Assembly: GCF_009914755.1 (NCBI RefSeq)
Contig: NC_060938.1
DNA: 64,000 nt
Origin: the human T2T-CHM13v2.0 reference genome, Homo sapiens
Reading direction: 5' to 3' (one strand)
A model generated the notes under the pieces. That model searched no databases, had not been told where the DNA came from, and worked only from the letters and a program-made list of their open reading frames with translations. The position numbers and the translations under genes are program-made. Shown in pieces: positions 48,987 to 64,000 of this stretch; the first letter of the stretch is position 1, and each line of letters begins with the position of its first letter.

Positions 48987-50129
48987 TATCTGGGGAACTC
49001 GCCCCCAATATTTCAACGTAGGTTCTTTCTATTTTCCCTAAGCATTGGCTGGCTGAGAAAAAGAAAGAGTACAAAGAGAGGAATTTTACAGCTAGGCTTC
49101 CGGGGGTGACATCACATATCAGTAGGACCATAATGCCCCCCTGAGCCACAAAACCAGCAGGTTTTATTAAGGATTTTAAAAGGGGAGGGGTTGTACAAAC
49201 AGGGAGTAGGTCACAAAGATCACATGCTTCAAAGGGCAAAAAGAGAACAAAGATCATAAGCTTCTAAGGCCAATAAAGATCACAAGTCAAAGGGCAAAGC
49301 AAGATCACAAGGCAAAGGGTGAAATAAAAAACTCCTGATAAGGGTCTATGTTCAGCTATACACGTGTTGTCTTGATAAACATCTTAAACAACAGAAAACA
49401 GGGTTTGAGAGCAGAGAACCGGTCTGACCTCAAATTTACCAGGGTGGGGTTTCTTCCCCAACCTAATAAGCCTGAGGGTACTGCAGGAGACCAGGGTGTA
49501 TTTCAGTCCTTATCTCAACCTCATAAGACAGACACTCCCAGAGCGGCCGTTTATAGACCTCCCCCCAGGAATGCATTCCTTTCCCAGGGTCTTAATTATT
49601 AATATTCCTTGCTAGGAAAAGAATTCAGTGATATCTTCTCTACTTTCACATCCATTTATAGGCTCTCTGCAAGAAGAAAAATATGGCTCTATTCTGCCCA
49701 ACCCTGCAGGCAGTCAGACCTTATGGTTGTCTTCCCTTCTTCCCTGAAAATCACTGTTATTCTGTTCTTTTTCAAGATGCACTGATTTCATATTGTTCAA
49801 ACACACGTTTTACAATCAATTTTTACAGTTTAACACAATAGTGGTCCTGAGGTGATGTACATTCTCAGTTTATGAATATAACAGGATTAAGAGATTAAAG
49901 ACAGGCATAAGAAATTATAAAAATATTAATTTTGGGAACTGATAAATGTCCATATTAAAATGAAATCTTCACAATTTATGTTCAGGGATTGCAGTAAAGA
50001 CAAGAGTAAGAAATTATAAAAGTTTTAATTTTGGGAACTGATAAATATCCATGAAATCTTCACAATTTATGTTCCTCTGCTGTGGCTCCAGCTGGTCCCT
50101 CCATTTGGGGTCCCTGACTTCCTGCAACA
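48987..50129 (-). mobile_element. MER11 (HERV-K11/HML-8) solo LTR
   Basis: ggggaactcgcccccaatatttcaacgtaggttctttc...ggggtccctgacttcctgcaaca with 6-bp TSD GTTGAC at 48981-48986 and 50130-50135. Confidence 0.9.
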
Positions 50130-50881
50130 GTTGACTTTAAGGAACTAATGTTTATAAAGCCCCTTAGAAAAACTAGCTTCTAGGTGCAGCAAACCACCAT
50201 GGCACATGTATACCTATGTAACAAACCTGCACATTCTGCACATGTATCCTGGAACTTAATGTAAATTTTAAAAAAATTAAAAAAAGAAAAACCAGCCTGA
50301 TAAATGGCTTTCAATGGTTTCTGGCCCTACAGGTGAGTAAAAATGGTCACTTCCTGGTAGGCTAAGGAAACTGCAGATACTTTGGGGACCTCAAGAAGAG
50401 AGGAATTCACTCAAATATATAAGTACTGCAGTCAAATTCTGATGGCCAGTCATTTGCTTGGCTTCCTAGCCTTCAGAGGTTTTTAAAAGTGTAAAATTTT
50501 TAGAGTTTCAACAAAGCAGACCTAAGGAAAGCCTATAAAATCAACCACTATTCTTGCTGCACTTATGTAAACAATCAAGCAAGTTTAATGAGACTAAACT
50601 TATTTTGGAAAGAAATTAGTCTTATTGTCATTGTCTTTGGCAGAAATGAGAGTGAATGTAGAGAGAAAAATCGTGTTTCAGTAGAAAACTATAGCACGTG
50701 TGGATATCAAATACTAGCCCTGTTCATTGTCTTTGAGGTTTTATTATCTACTTGTAAACTGGATGTGTAAACCTGAATTAATCTACTTTCCTCCAATGTC
50801 TAGCTATGATTCTCCAAACAAACATGTCCAATTTTCCACCCTTGTGACTTGAAATCACTAATAACACTAACTGCCTGTATT

Positions 50882-52994
<2,113 letters not shown>

Positions 52995-53228
52995 CTGCCC
53001 TTTTCCCAAAGCTCTGCAAGTTTATATCAAGTGGAAAACTTGATATAAACTTTAGAGACATCACCATAACAACTCAGGTATGGACAACCTTCGTGCCTAA
53101 TGCTGTATGGGCCACTCAGAAAATTCACTATGATACCACCACAACACTCAAATTACAAGATATGCTTCAAGCCTCAAATCTATAAATCTCCACTGTCTGC
53201 TCTCCAGACTCAGAAACTGAGTTTATAA

Positions 53229-53528
<300 letters not shown>

Positions 53529-54595
53529 TGATATGCCCGCCTCGGCCTCCCAAAGTGCTGGGATTACAGGCGTGAGCCACCATGCCTGGCCTAAATTATT
53601 ATTATTACCATATAGAGGCCTAATTTTGGTGGGAGCCCACCTGCCACATTCAAATGGACAGAGTCATTTAAGTGGACTGAACTATTCCCCAAACTGAGAG
53701 ACTAGTTCAATGGATTATGGAACAATCTATCAACTCAGCTTTTGGACTGTGAAATTTCTTGGGGAAGTGTCATAAGAGGGAATGCTGGGGTTCAAGACAT
53801 GCTACCCAAAATATGCTACCTTGGTATACTGAATAACAGCAGGAGCAGAAAGGTCACTCTCACCCTCCTCCCACCCTTCTTCCCTGAAGCAGGTCATAAA
53901 ATCTAGGAAGAATTTTCTGACCTCCCCCTAAAGCTCGTCATAAGACCCTCATATAAGAGGTGTCTTTTCTGTAGCTTTAGGGAAGGAATATTCTTCTCTC
54001 TGAAGATGAAGTGTGACAGAGAAAAGTCTGAACAAACAGGTCTTTTTAATTTTAATTTTAATTTTAATTTTAATTTTTAGAGATGAGATCTTGCTATATC
54101 ACTCAGGCTAGAGTACAGTGGCATGATCATAGCTCACTGCAGCCGTGAACTCCTGAGCTCAAGAGATCCTCGTGTCTCAGCGTCCTGGGTAGCTGAGACC
54201 ACAAGTGACTCATTACCATACCTGGCTATTCTTTATTATTATTTTAAGAAACAGGGTCTTGCTATATTGGCTAGGCTAATCACAGGCATGATCATAGTGT
54301 ACTTCAGCCTTGAACTCCTGACCTCAAGCAACCCTCCTGCCTCAGCCTTCTGAATAGCTGGGACTACAAGTGCACACCACCATGCCTGACTTGATGATTC
54401 TTTATTTCAGATCCTGCCTTTTCTTTCTGCCCTTGGATTCGACAATTCCAGACTATCCCAGTTCTCTTGCAAAGCCTTAGACTCTGGTTCCTGATTGTTC
54501 CTATGTCCATACAACACAGGTCAGCCAGGTGAGGTGATTCATGCTTGTAATCCCAGCACTTTAGGAGTCCGAGGCAGGTGGATTGCTTGAGCTCA

Positions 54596-54934
<339 letters not shown>

Positions 54935-54949
54935 TCAAGTTGAGATATC

Positions 54950-64000
<9,051 letters not shown>

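Overview
Primate (human-like) genomic DNA, very dense in Alu elements, with no intact protein-coding gene. Almost all ORFs in the supplied track are artefacts of Alu, LTR, L1 or microsatellite sequence. Recognisable features are: (1) a processed RPS28 pseudogene; (2) a 3'UTR-only HMGN2 retrocopy; (3) a Y1 RNA 3'-fragment retrocopy; (4) an unidentified poly(A)-tailed retrocopy; (5) LTRs of the MaLR (MST/THE1), MLT2A (two copies), LTR12C, MER11, MER52 and MER34-like families, plus a MER4-group internal region; (6) many L1 fragments, one with a twin-priming inversion; (7) a ~185-bp tandem duplication and a large (ATATATCC)n expansion. The main finding concerns the short unique-sequence islands between the repeats from ~38.6 kb to ~3.1 kb. 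Nearly all carry minus-strand splice acceptors or donors, and when read through stops and frameshifts they give F-box-like and LRR-like peptides. I infer a heavily decayed ~12-exon F-box/LRR (FBXL-type) gene, a candidate unitary pseudogene, with an LTR12C promoter pointing into it. Repeat family names come from recalled consensus sequences, not from a RepeatMasker run.
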